Shown piece after piece: positions 1-8,456 of a stretch of DNA of 64,000 bases (within the stretch, counting starts at the first letter, position 1; each line of letters starts with the position of its first letter). A program made the position numbers and the translations under genes. The stretch spans positions 122,835-186,834 of the forward strand of contig VMFP01000001.1 of assembly GCA_007376145.1 (NCBI GenBank), read 5' to 3'. The notes under the pieces are model-generated. The model saw only the letters and a list, made by a program, of their open reading frames with translations. It was not told where the DNA came from and did no database searches. Source of the stretch: Parcubacteria group bacterium Gr01-1014_38 (lineage in GTDB: Bacteria; Patescibacteriota; Andersenbacteria; UBA10190; CAIZMI01).

Positions 1-1133
1 TCTGTCCCGCGGACGCCAAACCCCCCGGGGACGGCAATGCCGGCGGCATGCTGGAGTTCTTCCACGGGGAATTTCCCAGACTCAATCTGCTCCGCGTCTA
101 CCCACCAGAGGTCGAGACTGCGGCCATGCGCCCACGCAGCAGCTTTCAGCGCTTCGATGAGGCTCATGTACGTGTCCTTCATGTTGAGGTACTTCCCGAC
201 CATCGCGATGCGCACCGGCGGCTTGCGCCGCTTGATGGTGGCGACGAGGCGGTGCCAGATTCGATCATTGCGCGGGCGGAAGCCCAGCCCAAGTTTTTGC
301 GCGATGATGCGGTCAAGTCCGTGTGCTTCCATGTGGAGCGGGACTTCGTACATGCTCCCGACCGTTGGGACGGGAATCACCGACGCCACGTCCACATTGG
401 CGTAGAGGCTCAACTTTTCCAGTTGGGACTTTGAAATCGGATGGTCCGCACGGGCAATGATGACATCGGGTTGGATGCCGATGGCGCGAAGGTCCCGGAC
501 CGAATTCTGCGCTGGCTTTGTCTTAATTTCATCGCTGGCGGCGAGGTACGGCAGGAATGCGACGTGGACGTAGAGGACATTCTCCTTGCCGTCGTCGGCG
601 GCGAGTTGGCGTACGGCTTCCAGGAAGTGCGCGCCTTCGTAGTCGCCGACGGTTCCGCCCACTTCCACCAGGTGGATTTCTGCGTGACTCCGCCGGGCCG
701 CGGCCCACATGCGCCGCTTCACTGCATCGGTGACGTGCGGGATCATCTGCACAGTTTTTCCTAAGTACTTTCCTTCCCGCTCGGCCTGCGTCACCTCAAG
801 GTAAATTTGACCGGTCATCACCGAGCAATCTTTCGTCAGCGACTGATCGAGGAAACGTTCGTAGTGGCCGAGGTCGAGGTCGGTTTCCGCTCCGTCGTCC
901 GTCACGAACACTTCCCCGTGCTCACCGGGGTTCAACGTTCCCGCGTCCACATTGAGGTACTGATCAAATTTCTGCGTGTTCACGCGGAACCCGCGCGCCT
1001 TCAAGATGTTCCCGATGCTTGCGGTCGTTACACCCTTCCCAAGTCCAGAGAGCACCCCGCCGGTGACGATGATGAGCTTCGGGATTTTCCCGCGAGTGCG
1101 TTCGCGCCGCGCTGGTTTATGCTTTGCCACCAT
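1..1133 (-). CDS. pyrG: CTP synthase, first ~377 codons; the 3' end runs off the left window edge
   Basis: Absent from the ORF track because no stop lies in the window. My minus-strand translation from ATG 1133..1131 reads MVAKHKPARRERTRGKIPKLIIVTGGVLSGLGKGVTTASIGNILKARGFRVNTQKFDQYLNVDAGTLNPGEHGEVFVTDDGAETDLDLGHYERF... and continues to ...IAMVGKY...GIAVPGGFGVRG, the canonical CTP synthase N-terminus and start of the glutaminase domain. The plus-strand ORFs over 37..1229 are antisense shadows. Confidence 0.93.
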   Translation of the reverse strand, partial: MVAKHKPARRERTRGKIPKLIIVTGGVLSGLGKGVTTASIGNILKARGFRVNTQKFDQYLNVDAGTLNPGEHGEVFVTDDGAETDLDLGHYERFLDQSLTKDCSVMTGQIYLEVTQAEREGKYLGKTVQMIPHVTDAVKRRMWAAARRSHAEIHLVEVGGTVGDYEGAHFLEAVRQLAADDGKENVLYVHVAFLPYLAASDEIKTKPAQNSVRDLRAIGIQPDVIIARADHPISKSQLEKLSLYANVDVASVIPVPTVGSMYEVPLHMEAHGLDRIIAQKLGLGFRPRNDRIWHRLVATIKRRKPPVRIAMVGKYLNMKDTYMSLIEALKAAAWAHGRSLDLWWVDAEQIESGKFPVEELQHAAGIAVPGGFGVRGT

Positions 1134-1614
1134 CCGTCTTCTCCTTTCTGCTCCGGGGGGCGTCCTGCAGTTTTCCTCCGACGACGACCGTTACCTCCGC
1201 CTCGAGCCCGTGTGGGAATTCCAACGTGACCGTATGTTGGCCAGGTTCATGGATCGGCAGTGGGAGGCGGACCACATCCGCAGGCAGCGAGATGTGCAGC
1301 GCGTTCTCGATGGCAGCGACAACCTCCTTGGCCGTGACGGCTCCGTGAAGTTTCTCCTGCGGGCCAAGTGGTCGCTCCAGGCGAATGGTTTTTTGGTCCG
1401 TGAGCTCCGCGAGTCTCTGCATCGTCGCGAGTTCTTCTTCCGAGGCCCGTGTGGCCCGTGCCTTCTGTGCTTCGGCTGTTCGGGCGTGGCTTCCGGTTGC
1501 GACGGCGGCCAGTTCGCGGGGGAAGAGGAAATTCCGTGCGTAGCCATCGGCGACTTCGACCACCTCGCCGGCCTGGCCGAGGTTCTTGACATTCTCGAGG
1601 AGTACCACCTTCAT
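1117..1614 (-). CDS. rplI: 50S ribosomal protein L9
   Basis: ATG at 1614. N-terminus MKVVLLENVKNLGQAGEVVEVADGYARNFLFP is the classic L9 signature. It overlaps the pyrG start by 17 nt. Confidence 0.9.
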   Translation of the reverse strand: MKVVLLENVKNLGQAGEVVEVADGYARNFLFPRELAAVATGSHARTAEAQKARATRASEEELATMQRLAELTDQKTIRLERPLGPQEKLHGAVTAKEVVAAIENALHISLPADVVRLPLPIHEPGQHTVTLEFPHGLEAEVTVVVGGKLQDAPRSRKEKTDGGKA

Positions 1615-1632
1615 CGCCTGGGGTGAGGAACT

Positions 1633-1911
1633 CTACCGTGAGCGGATTTCGAAATGAGTAAACTCGCCGGTGGCGAGTTCTTCTGCGACGTCCACCCCCG
1701 TGACCTTTGCACCATCGGGCCCACGGTAACAGAAAGCGCGGAGCACCTCTAGGGTCTCTTCTGCTCCCTCAGCGACCACGTGTACGCCGCCATCCTCACT
1801 GTTACGCACGTAGCCGGTCACGCCGAGCTTCGCGGCGAGTTCCCGGACGCTCCACCGAAACCCAATGCCCTGTACGCGACCGTGAATCGTACAGATCAGG
1901 CGCTTCTGCAT
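1633..1911 (-). CDS. acyP: acylphosphatase (92 aa)
   Basis: Internal ATG at 1911 gives MQKRLICTIHGRVQGIGFRWSVRELAAKLGVTGYVRNSEDGGVHVVAEGAEE..., the acylphosphatase motif (V.G.VQGVGFR ... G.V.N). The ORF-track start at 2046 would overlap the upstream peptidase gene, and its extra residues are Arg-rich junk. Confidence 0.85.
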   Translation of the reverse strand: MQKRLICTIHGRVQGIGFRWSVRELAAKLGVTGYVRNSEDGGVHVVAEGAEETLEVLRAFCYRGPDGAKVTGVDVAEELATGEFTHFEIRSR

Positions 1912-1969
1912 CGTCGGTCCCTCGTATTCCCCCTGTCCTGTGCTCTCTTCCGTCAACCTCCTGCGTGCC

Positions 1970-3190
1970 CTATGGCCGCACGCGCTGGCGGAGCACTTCG
2001 AATCCCTTTTCCAGGATCTCGTCCGGGTCTTCCGTGGGGTTCTCATCCTTCACTTCGATCGATGGTGCAATGCCCTGCTCATCAATCTCGCGCCCGCGTG
2101 GTGTGTGCCAGCGCGCCACCGTGACACGAACCGTCGCGCCATCCGAGAGTTTCACGAGCTCCTGCACGGAACCTTTCCCAAAGGTCCGTTCGCCGATCAC
2201 GGAGATGTCGCGTTGCTCCTGAAACGCGGCGGCAAGAATTTCCGAAGCTGAGGCCGATCCGCCGTTCACGAGGACGACGAGTGGGAGTGAAACAAGATCT
2301 CCTGGACCGTCCGTGCGGTTTTCGGTTCGCGGGAGGCCCTGTCGTGGGACTTCTTCAACGACGAGCGTTCCTCGCGGAAGGAAATGCCCGGCGACGGCCA
2401 CTCCTACGTCGAGGAGGCCGCCGGGGTTATTGCGAAGGTCGAGCACGATTCCCCGCGCCCGTGTCGCGAGCAGTTCCCGCGCGGCCTGATCCACACGGCG
2501 CGGGGTATCTTCATTGAAGGCGCTGATCATCAGGAGCGCAAGCCCATCCCGCAGCTCGAGCTTCACGCTCTCAATGGCAATGCGCTCGCGGCGAACGGTG
2601 AAATCGAGGAGTTCCTCCCCTCCTTCGCGGGCAATGGTCAGGCGCACCGTGGTCCCCGGCTTCCCGCGAATCTTGGACACGATGTCGGCGAGCGTTATCC
2701 GTTGATCGACGGACTGTCCGTCGATTTTCACAATTACGTCGCGCGCGCGAATACCCACACGTTCCGCCGGTGAGCCGCGCAGGGGCGCAATGACCGTCAC
2801 GAGGCTGCGCCGGAGACCGATCTCGATGCCGATCCCTGAGAACGCGCCATCGAGATCCTCCTCGAACTGTTTGCTTTCCTCTGGATCGGCGTAGGCGCTG
2901 TACGGATCGCCGGTACCGGCGACGATCCCCCGGAGCGCACCGCGGGCCAGACGCTCGTCCTCCAAGGGTCCCGAAAACTTGTCGTGGAGGACATCCCACA
3001 CCTCGCGCATCTGGTCCGTATCCAGCGGGGCCGGAAGCTCGCCTGGCGCCGTGAGTCGTGGACTCGAGCTGGCGGTCGTGCGGAGAGCCGGTTTCAGCGT
3101 TTGGACGTCGAGTCGCCCGACGGCCACGCCGCCGAGGAAGGCCGCGATGATGACGGTCGCCGTGGAGAAGCGCTTGATGGGCAGGTTCAT
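1970..3190 (-). CDS. S41 family C-terminal processing peptidase (Ctp/Prc-like), membrane anchored
   Basis: N-terminal hydrophobic anchor, a PDZ-like segment (GIGIEIG...[29 protein letters not shown]) and S41 catalytic motifs ([37 protein letters not shown]). Confidence 0.9.
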   Translation of the reverse strand: MNLPIKRFSTATVIIAAFLGGVAVGRLDVQTLKPALRTTASSSPRLTAPGELPAPLDTDQMREVWDVLHDKFSGPLEDERLARGALRGIVAGTGDPYSAYADPEESKQFEEDLDGAFSGIGIEIGLRRSLVTVIAPLRGSPAERVGIRARDVIVKIDGQSVDQRITLADIVSKIRGKPGTTVRLTIAREGGEELLDFTVRRERIAIESVKLELRDGLALLMISAFNEDTPRRVDQAARELLATRARGIVLDLRNNPGGLLDVGVAVAGHFLPRGTLVVEEVPRQGLPRTENRTDGPGDLVSLPLVVLVNGGSASASEILAAAFQEQRDISVIGERTFGKGSVQELVKLSDGATVRVTVARWHTPRGREIDEQGIAPSIEVKDENPTEDPDEILEKGFEVLRQRVRP

Positions 3191-4575
3191 CGGGTCAGTT
3201 GCATATGGAGCTCCTGGAGCTGCTCCCGTTCTAGGGGGGATGGAGCGCCGAGGAGTACTTCTTCCCCGTTCTGGTTCTTCGGGAACGCAATCACTTCTCG
3301 AATGCTCGGCTCGCGGAGCATGACCATGAGCAGGCGATCCACCCCAGGGGCAATGCCGCCGTGTGGAGGAACACCGAATTCAAAGGCCTCTAAGAGGTGC
3401 CGGAATTGCTGCTTCGCCTTCTCCATATCAAGGCCGATAAGCCCAAAGATCTTCTCCTGGAGCGCGCGGTCGTGAATGCGGATGCTTCCGCCGCCCACCT
3501 CGACGCCGTTGCAGACGAGGTCGTACTGTGTGCTCCGCACGCGGTGCGGATCCTGGTCGAGCACGAGGATGTCCTCCGGGAGGGGAGACGTGAACATATG
3601 GTGGGAAGGAGCGTAGTGCCCCTCTTCGAGTTCCGACTCGAAGAGGGGGAAATCCATCACCCAGGCGAACGCGAGCGCTCCCGACGCTTTCTCGGTGTCG
3701 GTGCGAAGGTCCGGGCGATCCGTCCCGTACTTCTCCATCGCTTCCGTGTAGGAGAGCCGCGGAAAAGGCTGCCGCGCAATCGGCGCGCCGAGGCTGGCCA
3801 CGACCGTCGTGAAGAGGTGTTCAGTCAGGTTCAGGACATCCTCGCGGCCGACGAAACTCATCTCGAGGTCGAGTTGGGTGAACTCGGGTTGCCGGTCTCC
3901 TCGCTGATCTTCATCGCGGAAACACCGGGCGATTTGAAAATACCGGTCGAACCCGGCCACCATGAGAAGCTGCTTGTACTGCTGCGGTGACTGCGGGAGA
4001 GCGTAGAACATCCCGGGATAGAGGCGGGAGGGAACCACGTAATCACGAGCGCCTTCTGGCGTACTCTTCGTGAGGATCGGGGTCTCAATTTCCAGGAACC
4101 CCTCCGCGTGAAGAAAGGCGCGAATTTCCGTGATGAACCGATCGCGCAGCGCGAGATTCCGCTGGAGGCGAGTCCGCCGGAGATCCAGGAAGCGGTACCG
4201 GAGGCGCACGTCCTCGCCGACCGGTGTTTCCTGTGCAATCTCAAATGGCGGAGTCTTTGCGACCGCGAAGGTCTCCACGGTCGCGACGTGCACTTCAATA
4301 TCCCCCGTCGGGATTTTCGGGTTCTTGAGGCGCTCCGGACGTAGAGCGACGGTGCCACTGACGCGGATCACGTCTTCGTCGTGAAGTTCGACCGGTGGTG
4401 CTTCTGCTTTGAATACGAGTTGTGTCACGCCGTACCGGTCGCGGAGATCGACGAATCGTACGCCGCCGTGGTCACGGCGGGCATGGACCCATCCGCAGAG
4501 CGTCACCGTCTGGCCGGCGTGTTCAGCGCGGAGCGCTCCGCAGGTGTGCGTCCGGTAGGTTGTCGCGTCCGTCAT
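3187..4575 (-). CDS. aspS: aspartate--tRNA ligase, bacterial-type core but only 462 aa
   Basis: ATG 4575. OB-fold N-terminus. Class II motif 2 region reads [52 protein letters not shown], and the C-terminus has GGGSIRIH...[16 protein letters not shown]. There is a 4-nt ATGA overlap with the peptidase gene. Confidence 0.94.
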   Translation of the reverse strand: MTDATTYRTHTCGALRAEHAGQTVTLCGWVHARRDHGGVRFVDLRDRYGVTQLVFKAEAPPVELHDEDVIRVSGTVALRPERLKNPKIPTGDIEVHVATVETFAVAKTPPFEIAQETPVGEDVRLRYRFLDLRRTRLQRNLALRDRFITEIRAFLHAEGFLEIETPILTKSTPEGARDYVVPSRLYPGMFYALPQSPQQYKQLLMVAGFDRYFQIARCFRDEDQRGDRQPEFTQLDLEMSFVGREDVLNLTEHLFTTVVASLGAPIARQPFPRLSYTEAMEKYGTDRPDLRTDTEKASGALAFAWVMDFPLFESELEEGHYAPSHHMFTSPLPEDILVLDQDPHRVRSTQYDLVCNGVEVGGGSIRIHDRALQEKIFGLIGLDMEKAKQQFRHLLEAFEFGVPPHGGIAPGVDRLLMVMLREPSIREVIAFPKNQNGEEVLLGAPSPLEREQLQELHMQLTR

Positions 4576-4614
4576 GTGTGGTCAGCGTAGCCGAGAACAG
4601 CGCCACGAGACAAG

Positions 4615-4648
4615 AAAAAAGACCCGTTCCTCCGGAACGAGTCTTTTT
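4615..4648 (-). terminator. bidirectional-type intrinsic terminator after the 217-aa gene
   Basis: A6 tract, then GACCCGTTCC-tcc-GGAACGAGTC (10-bp stem with one mismatch), then T5. Read on the minus strand, the hairpin is followed by TTTTTTCTTG, 22 nt after the stop at 4670. Confidence 0.7.
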
Positions 4649-4669
4649 GGTAGGCTCTTCTTCCTCCTT

Positions 4670-5323
4670 TCAGACGGCCGTCGCTTGCGGAGCTGGGTGC
4701 ACCTGAATTTGGTCTCCGGTGAAGCGAAGAAGGTAGTCGGGCTGAATCGGCGTGGCCGCGTCACCGAGGCGATTCCCGTCTGCGTCCTTCCGCCACACCT
4801 TCACGGGGTTACCGAGGTTGTCAAGCAAAGGCTTGCGAGCCGTGAGGCAGATGTCCACCGCGTGTTCCCCGCAGACCTCTTGGCCGCCCACGATGAGGGG
4901 GTTGAGGAACGCTCGCACCTGCCACATTGCTTCTACGCACATCGTGTGGAGTGCCTGCTGAACAAGAGGGCGAGTATTGACGAACTGATTGGTCGGTTGG
5001 GCGTACTCACACCGTGCGAACACGAAGCGCACCACGGAGAATCCCTTGTTGTCCTGATTGCGCCGCTGCGAGAAGGCGTCCACCATTGCATAGCCACCCC
5101 GCTCCAACTCGCCGAGGAACTCGACGAGCCCGACGTTCTCGACGGGCGCGATGGCGGGTTCACGGCTTGGAGGGCGCGCACGCTTGCGCGTCTCGTCCGG
5201 TGTCTCGTCCTCGCGTTGATGTATACAGCGAGGGACGACCTTGGGGTTGGAGAAGCTGAACTGCAAAGCGATCAGCCTCACCGCTCTGCTCACGTTGATC
5301 AGACCTTGCGTTGTAGCGTCCAC
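4670..5323 (-). CDS. hypothetical protein, 217 aa, no motif I recognise
   Basis: GTG start at 5323 with GGAG 6 nt upstream (5333..5330) and an in-frame TGA just upstream. Third-codon positions are mostly G/C, as in the surrounding genes. The overlapping 292-aa plus-strand ORF (4574..5452) is Arg/Leu/His-rich antisense noise. Confidence 0.7.
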   Translation of the reverse strand: MDATTQGLINVSRAVRLIALQFSFSNPKVVPRCIHQREDETPDETRKRARPPSREPAIAPVENVGLVEFLGELERGGYAMVDAFSQRRNQDNKGFSVVRFVFARCEYAQPTNQFVNTRPLVQQALHTMCVEAMWQVRAFLNPLIVGGQEVCGEHAVDICLTARKPLLDNLGNPVKVWRKDADGNRLGDAATPIQPDYLLRFTGDQIQVHPAPQATAV

Positions 5324-5337
5324 TACCGGCTCCTTTC

Positions 5338-5368
5338 AAAAAGAGAAACGAACTCGTTGACAACGAGC
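5338..5368 (-). terminator. terminator/attenuator-like hairpin just upstream of the SD of the 217-aa gene
   Basis: Minus strand reads CTCGTTG-t-CAACGAG followed by TTCGTTTCTCTTTTT, then GAAAGGAGccggtaGTG. Confidence 0.45.
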
Positions 5369-5619
5369 GAAAGCTTTGAAAGAACGAAGCTCCGTACTCT
5401 ACCAGCGTCCTACACGCGCGCACCTTCACTGCGTAGTCGCTGGCCGGAGTAATGCCCCTGGGACCAGGGAGTCGGGAACGCCCGCGTTGTTCCTTAGATC
5501 CCTCCAGGAGTGGCGGCGCTGTGGAGGGACAGCACCGCCGCTCCCGGAGACGTCTCTGTGGATACAAGCTTGTACCGGTGGGTATCGCTTGAAACCCCAG
5601 GGAGAACCCCCATGACGAA
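5369..5619 (-). promoter_or_regulatory. long GC-rich structured 5' leader (candidate cis-regulatory RNA or separate sRNA)
   Basis: Lies between a near-consensus promoter and the attenuator hairpin. On paper it contains a ~20-bp interrupted hairpin at 5502..5549 (CTCCGGGAG/CGGCGGTGCTGT loop CCCTCC ACAGCGCCGCC/CTCCTGGAG on the minus strand), CCCTGGtcCCAGGG at 5456..5469, a GGTACAAGCTTGTATCC palindrome and further stems. A 39-43 codon uORF (5494..5613 or ..5622) is an alternative reading. Confidence 0.4.
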
Positions 5620-5625
5620 CATCGC

Positions 5626-5654
5626 ACTATACCGCGGGCTTGTCTGTCTGTCAA
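5626..5654 (-). promoter_or_regulatory. sigma70-type promoter for the leader and 217-aa gene
   Basis: Minus strand: TTGACA (5654..5649), a 17-nt spacer, then TATAGT (5631..5626). Confidence 0.6.
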
Positions 5655-5668
5655 GAGGCCGCTAGACT
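5640..5668 (+). promoter_or_regulatory. candidate promoter for tRNA-Lys
   Basis: TTGTCT (5640..5645), a 17-nt spacer, then TAGACT (5663..5668). The -10 ends 7 nt before the first tRNA nucleotide. It overlaps the divergent minus-strand promoter. Confidence 0.45.
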
Positions 5669-5674
5669 GCGCCT

Positions 5675-5749
5675 GCCCCCGTGGCGTAATGGCAGCGCAC
5701 GCGCCTTTTAAGCGCTGAGGTCCCAGTTCGAATCTGGGCGGGGGCACCA
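5675..5749 (+). tRNA. tRNA-Lys, anticodon UUU, CCA encoded
   Basis: Hand-folded cloverleaf. Acceptor GCCCCCG/CGGGGGC; D arm GCGT-AATGGCA-GCGC; anticodon stem with loop C-U-UUU-A-A; variable loop GAGGT; T arm CCCAG-TTCGAAT-CTGGG; discriminator A; then CCA. One C-U mismatch at the 27:43 position. Confidence 0.93.
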
Positions 5750-5826
5750 CACTTCGCCCTCGGCCCGGCTCGGGCTTCGCGTGTCAGGCCATGCCGCTTC
5801 ATCTCGGGGGCCTTCGAGTACTTCCC

Positions 5827-5869
5827 GCGAAGTGTGCCCCGCGAAGCGAAGTAGCGAAGTGGGGCACCC
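5827..5869. repeat. cluster of CGAAG / CGAAGTGGGGCAC motifs forming a 7-bp hairpin
   Basis: gcgaagtGTGCCCCgcgaagcgaagtagcgaagtGGGGCACcc. CGAAG occurs four times. GTGCCCC (5834..5840) pairs with GGGGCAC (5861..5867). The same CGAAGTGGGG(C/T)AC motif recurs at 8751..8834. Confidence 0.6.
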
Positions 5870-5961
5870 TATGCTATGCTTGTGGATAAGGGGATCTCAG
5901 CTTTCAGCAGGATTTTCCGGACGTCCTCCACTCGTACCAGCACAAAACACCACATCGTGAC

Positions 5962-6597
5962 ATGAAGCGTGCCTTTCTCTTCTCCAGCGGGATCACCGCG
6001 ATCATCGTCGGAGTGTTTGCCCTTGCCTACCTCACGTCGGCGGGCACCAGTCAATTCGCTTTCACGGGCCAGGCGACCGTCCGTGGGCACGACGTGAGCG
6101 GGAAAACCATGGACGTGTACTTTACGAAGCTCTCGGAGCGCGCGCAGGCGCTGGGGTTGGGGAACAGCATCACGGTCAGCGTCGGCAGCGCGACATTCCA
6201 TAAGCGCGCGGCGGACGGAACGCTCCGGCGGGTGAAACAGGGGAACATCGCTGTCGGGGATCGAGCGACCGTCCGGGGGTCGGTGAAGAACAACGACCGC
6301 TTCGTCGCGTCCCGGGTCGAGGTTGTGGATACGGGTTTCGTCATGACCGGGAAGCTCCGAACATTTAATCGGACTCTCCGCCGGATGACGGTTGACGTCA
6401 CCACCTCGACGTACAAGCCCACTCGGTACCAAGACAAGACTGTGGAGTTCATCTTCTCCGAAGCGACGAAGTTTTATACGCAGGGCGTGGGCAAATCAAT
6501 TGAGGACGTGACCGCGAGCGATCAGAAGGTCCGCGTGCAAGGAAAGGAAGTGGGTACAGACCTCGAGGTCACGTCCATGAATGAAAATGTTCCCTAA
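5962..6597 (+). CDS. hypothetical secreted or membrane-anchored protein, 211 aa
   Basis: N-terminal MKRAFLFSSGITAIIVGVFALAYL anchor, then beta-rich repeats of the type V.V.G....V.. . The N-terminus is paralogous to the next gene. Confidence 0.72.
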   Translation: MKRAFLFSSGITAIIVGVFALAYLTSAGTSQFAFTGQATVRGHDVSGKTMDVYFTKLSERAQALGLGNSITVSVGSATFHKRAADGTLRRVKQGNIAVGDRATVRGSVKNNDRFVASRVEVVDTGFVMTGKLRTFNRTLRRMTVDVTTSTYKPTRYQDKTVEFIFSEATKFYTQGVGKSIEDVTASDQKVRVQGKEVGTDLEVTSMNENVP

Positions 6598-6619
6598 TTC
6601 TTAACACACCAAACGACAC

Positions 6620-6994
6620 ATGAAGAAACGCGCTTTTCTGCTCTTGGTGGGCATCGCCGCAGCTTTCGTGGTGGTCGCGAGCATCGCCGCCGTGACCCTC
6701 GCACAGACGCCGCCCTACGCGGTCAAGATCCGCGTGGTGGATAAAATCGAGTCGGCGAAGATCTTCGAGGGATTTGTGCTCGAACAGACCCGAGGGAAGA
6801 CCTCGATTCTCGGGGATCAGATAAACTTCCGGGTCCTGAGCACGACCACCGCGTTTACGAAGGGAAGCAAGGGGCGGTCAACCAAAGACTGGCTCAGCGG
6901 TCTCAAGAACGAGGACGTTGTGACGGCCACCGGGTGGTATCGGTCGTCCGACAAGACATTCGAGCTGGCGAAGGTCGTCAATCGCTCACGGTAG
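6620..6994 (+). CDS. hypothetical secreted or membrane-anchored protein, 124 aa (small paralog of 5962..6597)
   Basis: The MKKRAFLLLVGIAAAFVVVASIAAV anchor resembles the preceding gene. Same strand, 22-nt gap. Confidence 0.68.
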   Translation: MKKRAFLLLVGIAAAFVVVASIAAVTLAQTPPYAVKIRVVDKIESAKIFEGFVLEQTRGKTSILGDQINFRVLSTTTAFTKGSKGRSTKDWLSGLKNEDVVTATGWYRSSDKTFELAKVVNRSR

Positions 6995-7083
6995 TCGGAG
7001 CCTCTCAAACGCGGGCGCGCCAAACCGACCGGGCAATGCCCGGCGGGGCGTTGCGCCCGTCCGGCAGGTAGGCGAGACGCCTC

Positions 7084-8178
7084 TTATCTCCGCAGTGTTC
7101 CGGCTTCCACAAACCGGCGGAGAAGTTCTTCTTGTTCGCGATTCACTCGCTTGGGGACGTCAATCACGGTCGTGATGACGTGATCGCCTCGTTTCCCCGT
7201 CTCTCCGCGTCTCCCGATCACGATGCCGCGTCCACGCAAGCGGAATTCCGATCCCGACGGCGTGCCTCGAGGGATCTCCAGGGTCGTTTTCCCATCGAGC
7301 GTCTCTACTTCGACGGTTCCTCCTAAGACTGCGGTGGTGAACGGCACGGCAATGGTTGAGCGGACGTCCTGTTCGTCTCGGGAGAAGGCGGGATGCCGCT
7401 TCACGCGCACGGTCACATACAAGTCTCCCGCTGGTCCCCTGCGCGGCCCGACTTCTCCCTCACCGGTGATGCGGATGCGTGTGCCGTCATCGAGCCCCGC
7501 CGGAATTTTCACGCGCAGCGTCTCGCGCTGATGGGCACGGCCGGTCCCACTGCACGCCGAGCAAAGCGTCTGCGGTCGCTTCCCTTCCCCACCGCAGTCG
7601 GGACACACCGACCGGTGCAGCATGGCGCCGAAGAACGTTCGGACCTGGCGCTCGACAACACCGGAGCCGGCACAGGTTGCGCAGGTGGCAATGGGCGTGC
7701 CGGGTTTCGCTCCGCTCCCCCCGCAGGTGGGGCACGTGCGGAGACGCTCAAGGATCAGGTCGCGCGTCGTCCCGCGTGCCATCTCTTCGAACGAGATTGT
7801 CACGTCGGTTGCACGGTCATCGCCACGCTCCGCCACGCGCGTTCGGCGACGCCCAAAGGCGCCGCCGAAGAGATCTCCGAAGAGGTCCTCGAACCCCGTA
7901 AATTCCCGCTGGAACACCTCGAACGGGTCGAAGCCGAAGCCCTGTGCGCCGCCGGGAGACCCGCCACTCTCGAACGTAGCCCCAAACCGGTCGTACTGCG
8001 CGCGTTTCTCCGAGTCGCCGAGAACCTGGTACGCCTCGTTGATTTCCTTGAATTTCTCTTCGTTCCCCGTCGGCTTGTCGGGGTGATACTGAAGTGCGAG
8101 TTTCCGGTAGGCACGCTTCACCTCGTCCGCGGAAGCGGAGCGTTCAACGCCGAGGGTGTGGTAGTAGTCTTTGGGCAT
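7084..8178 (-). CDS. dnaJ: molecular chaperone DnaJ
   Basis: J domain [31 protein letters not shown], a G/F region, and four CxxCxGxG zinc-finger repeats ([32 protein letters not shown]). Confidence 0.96.
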   Translation of the reverse strand: MPKDYYHTLGVERSASADEVKRAYRKLALQYHPDKPTGNEEKFKEINEAYQVLGDSEKRAQYDRFGATFESGGSPGGAQGFGFDPFEVFQREFTGFEDLFGDLFGGAFGRRRTRVAERGDDRATDVTISFEEMARGTTRDLILERLRTCPTCGGSGAKPGTPIATCATCAGSGVVERQVRTFFGAMLHRSVCPDCGGEGKRPQTLCSACSGTGRAHQRETLRVKIPAGLDDGTRIRITGEGEVGPRRGPAGDLYVTVRVKRHPAFSRDEQDVRSTIAVPFTTAVLGGTVEVETLDGKTTLEIPRGTPSGSEFRLRGRGIVIGRRGETGKRGDHVITTVIDVPKRVNREQEELLRRFVEAGTLRR

Positions 8179-8195
8179 CGGGCTTTTGAGTTCTG

Positions 8196-8456
8196 TTACC
8201 GCTCGTACACGTCTTTGCGGTGCCCAATCGTGGCGAATAACGCGGTATCGGTTTCCGTGAAGAGGAAGAGCACGCGATAGACCTGCGTCACCCGGAAGGA
8301 GAACGTCAACGACTCCCCGTGGAGTTTCTTGACGTGGAGTCGTGGGTCACGCCAGTTCTTCCGAAAGATCCCTTCCTGCCTGCGGTACAGGACCTGAATG
8401 TCTCGTGGGAGTTTCCGGAACTGTTTAGAAAATTCGTCAGTGTAGAGAATCTTCAT
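8196..8456 (-). CDS. type II toxin, RelE/ParE superfamily (86 aa)
   Basis: [21 protein letters not shown]...[26 protein letters not shown]...[10 protein letters not shown] matches the RelE/StbE pattern (F.K.F.KLP ... KKL.G ... yRv..yRvlf ... i.hRkdvY). There is a 4-nt overlap with the upstream antitoxin. Confidence 0.86.
   Translation of the reverse strand: MKILYTDEFSKQFRKLPRDIQVLYRRQEGIFRKNWRDPRLHVKKLHGESLTFSFRVTQVYRVLFLFTETDTALFATIGHRKDVYER

Noticed and set aside
4574-5452. 292-aa plus-strand ORF overlapping the 217-aa minus-strand gene and its leader
   Set aside because: It is Arg/Leu/His-rich and has no SD. It spans the terminator hairpin and the aspS start. The minus-strand frame has the better codon bias, an SD and a bounded GTG start.
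5324-5625. Tested by eye whether the structured leader is RNase P RNA, tmRNA, SRP RNA, 6S RNA, a T-box, or a cobalamin or TPP riboswitch
   Set aside because: I could not find GAGGAAAGTCC or ACAGAA..GGCTTA (RNase P), a tRNA-like T-arm/CCA end or tag ORF (tmRNA), the GGAA-tetraloop helix-8 motif (SRP), the AGGGTGGNACCGCG T-box sequence, or B12-box/TPP consensus strings. Only weak partial resemblances exist (e.g. CCGCCACT). A real covariance-model search is still needed.
5881-5889. Perfect DnaA-box match TGTGGATAA (reverse of TTATCCACA), considered as a possible oriC
   Set aside because: It is a single box, with no cluster, no adjacent AT-rich unwinding element and no dnaA or dnaN nearby. It is most likely a chance match or a lone regulatory site.
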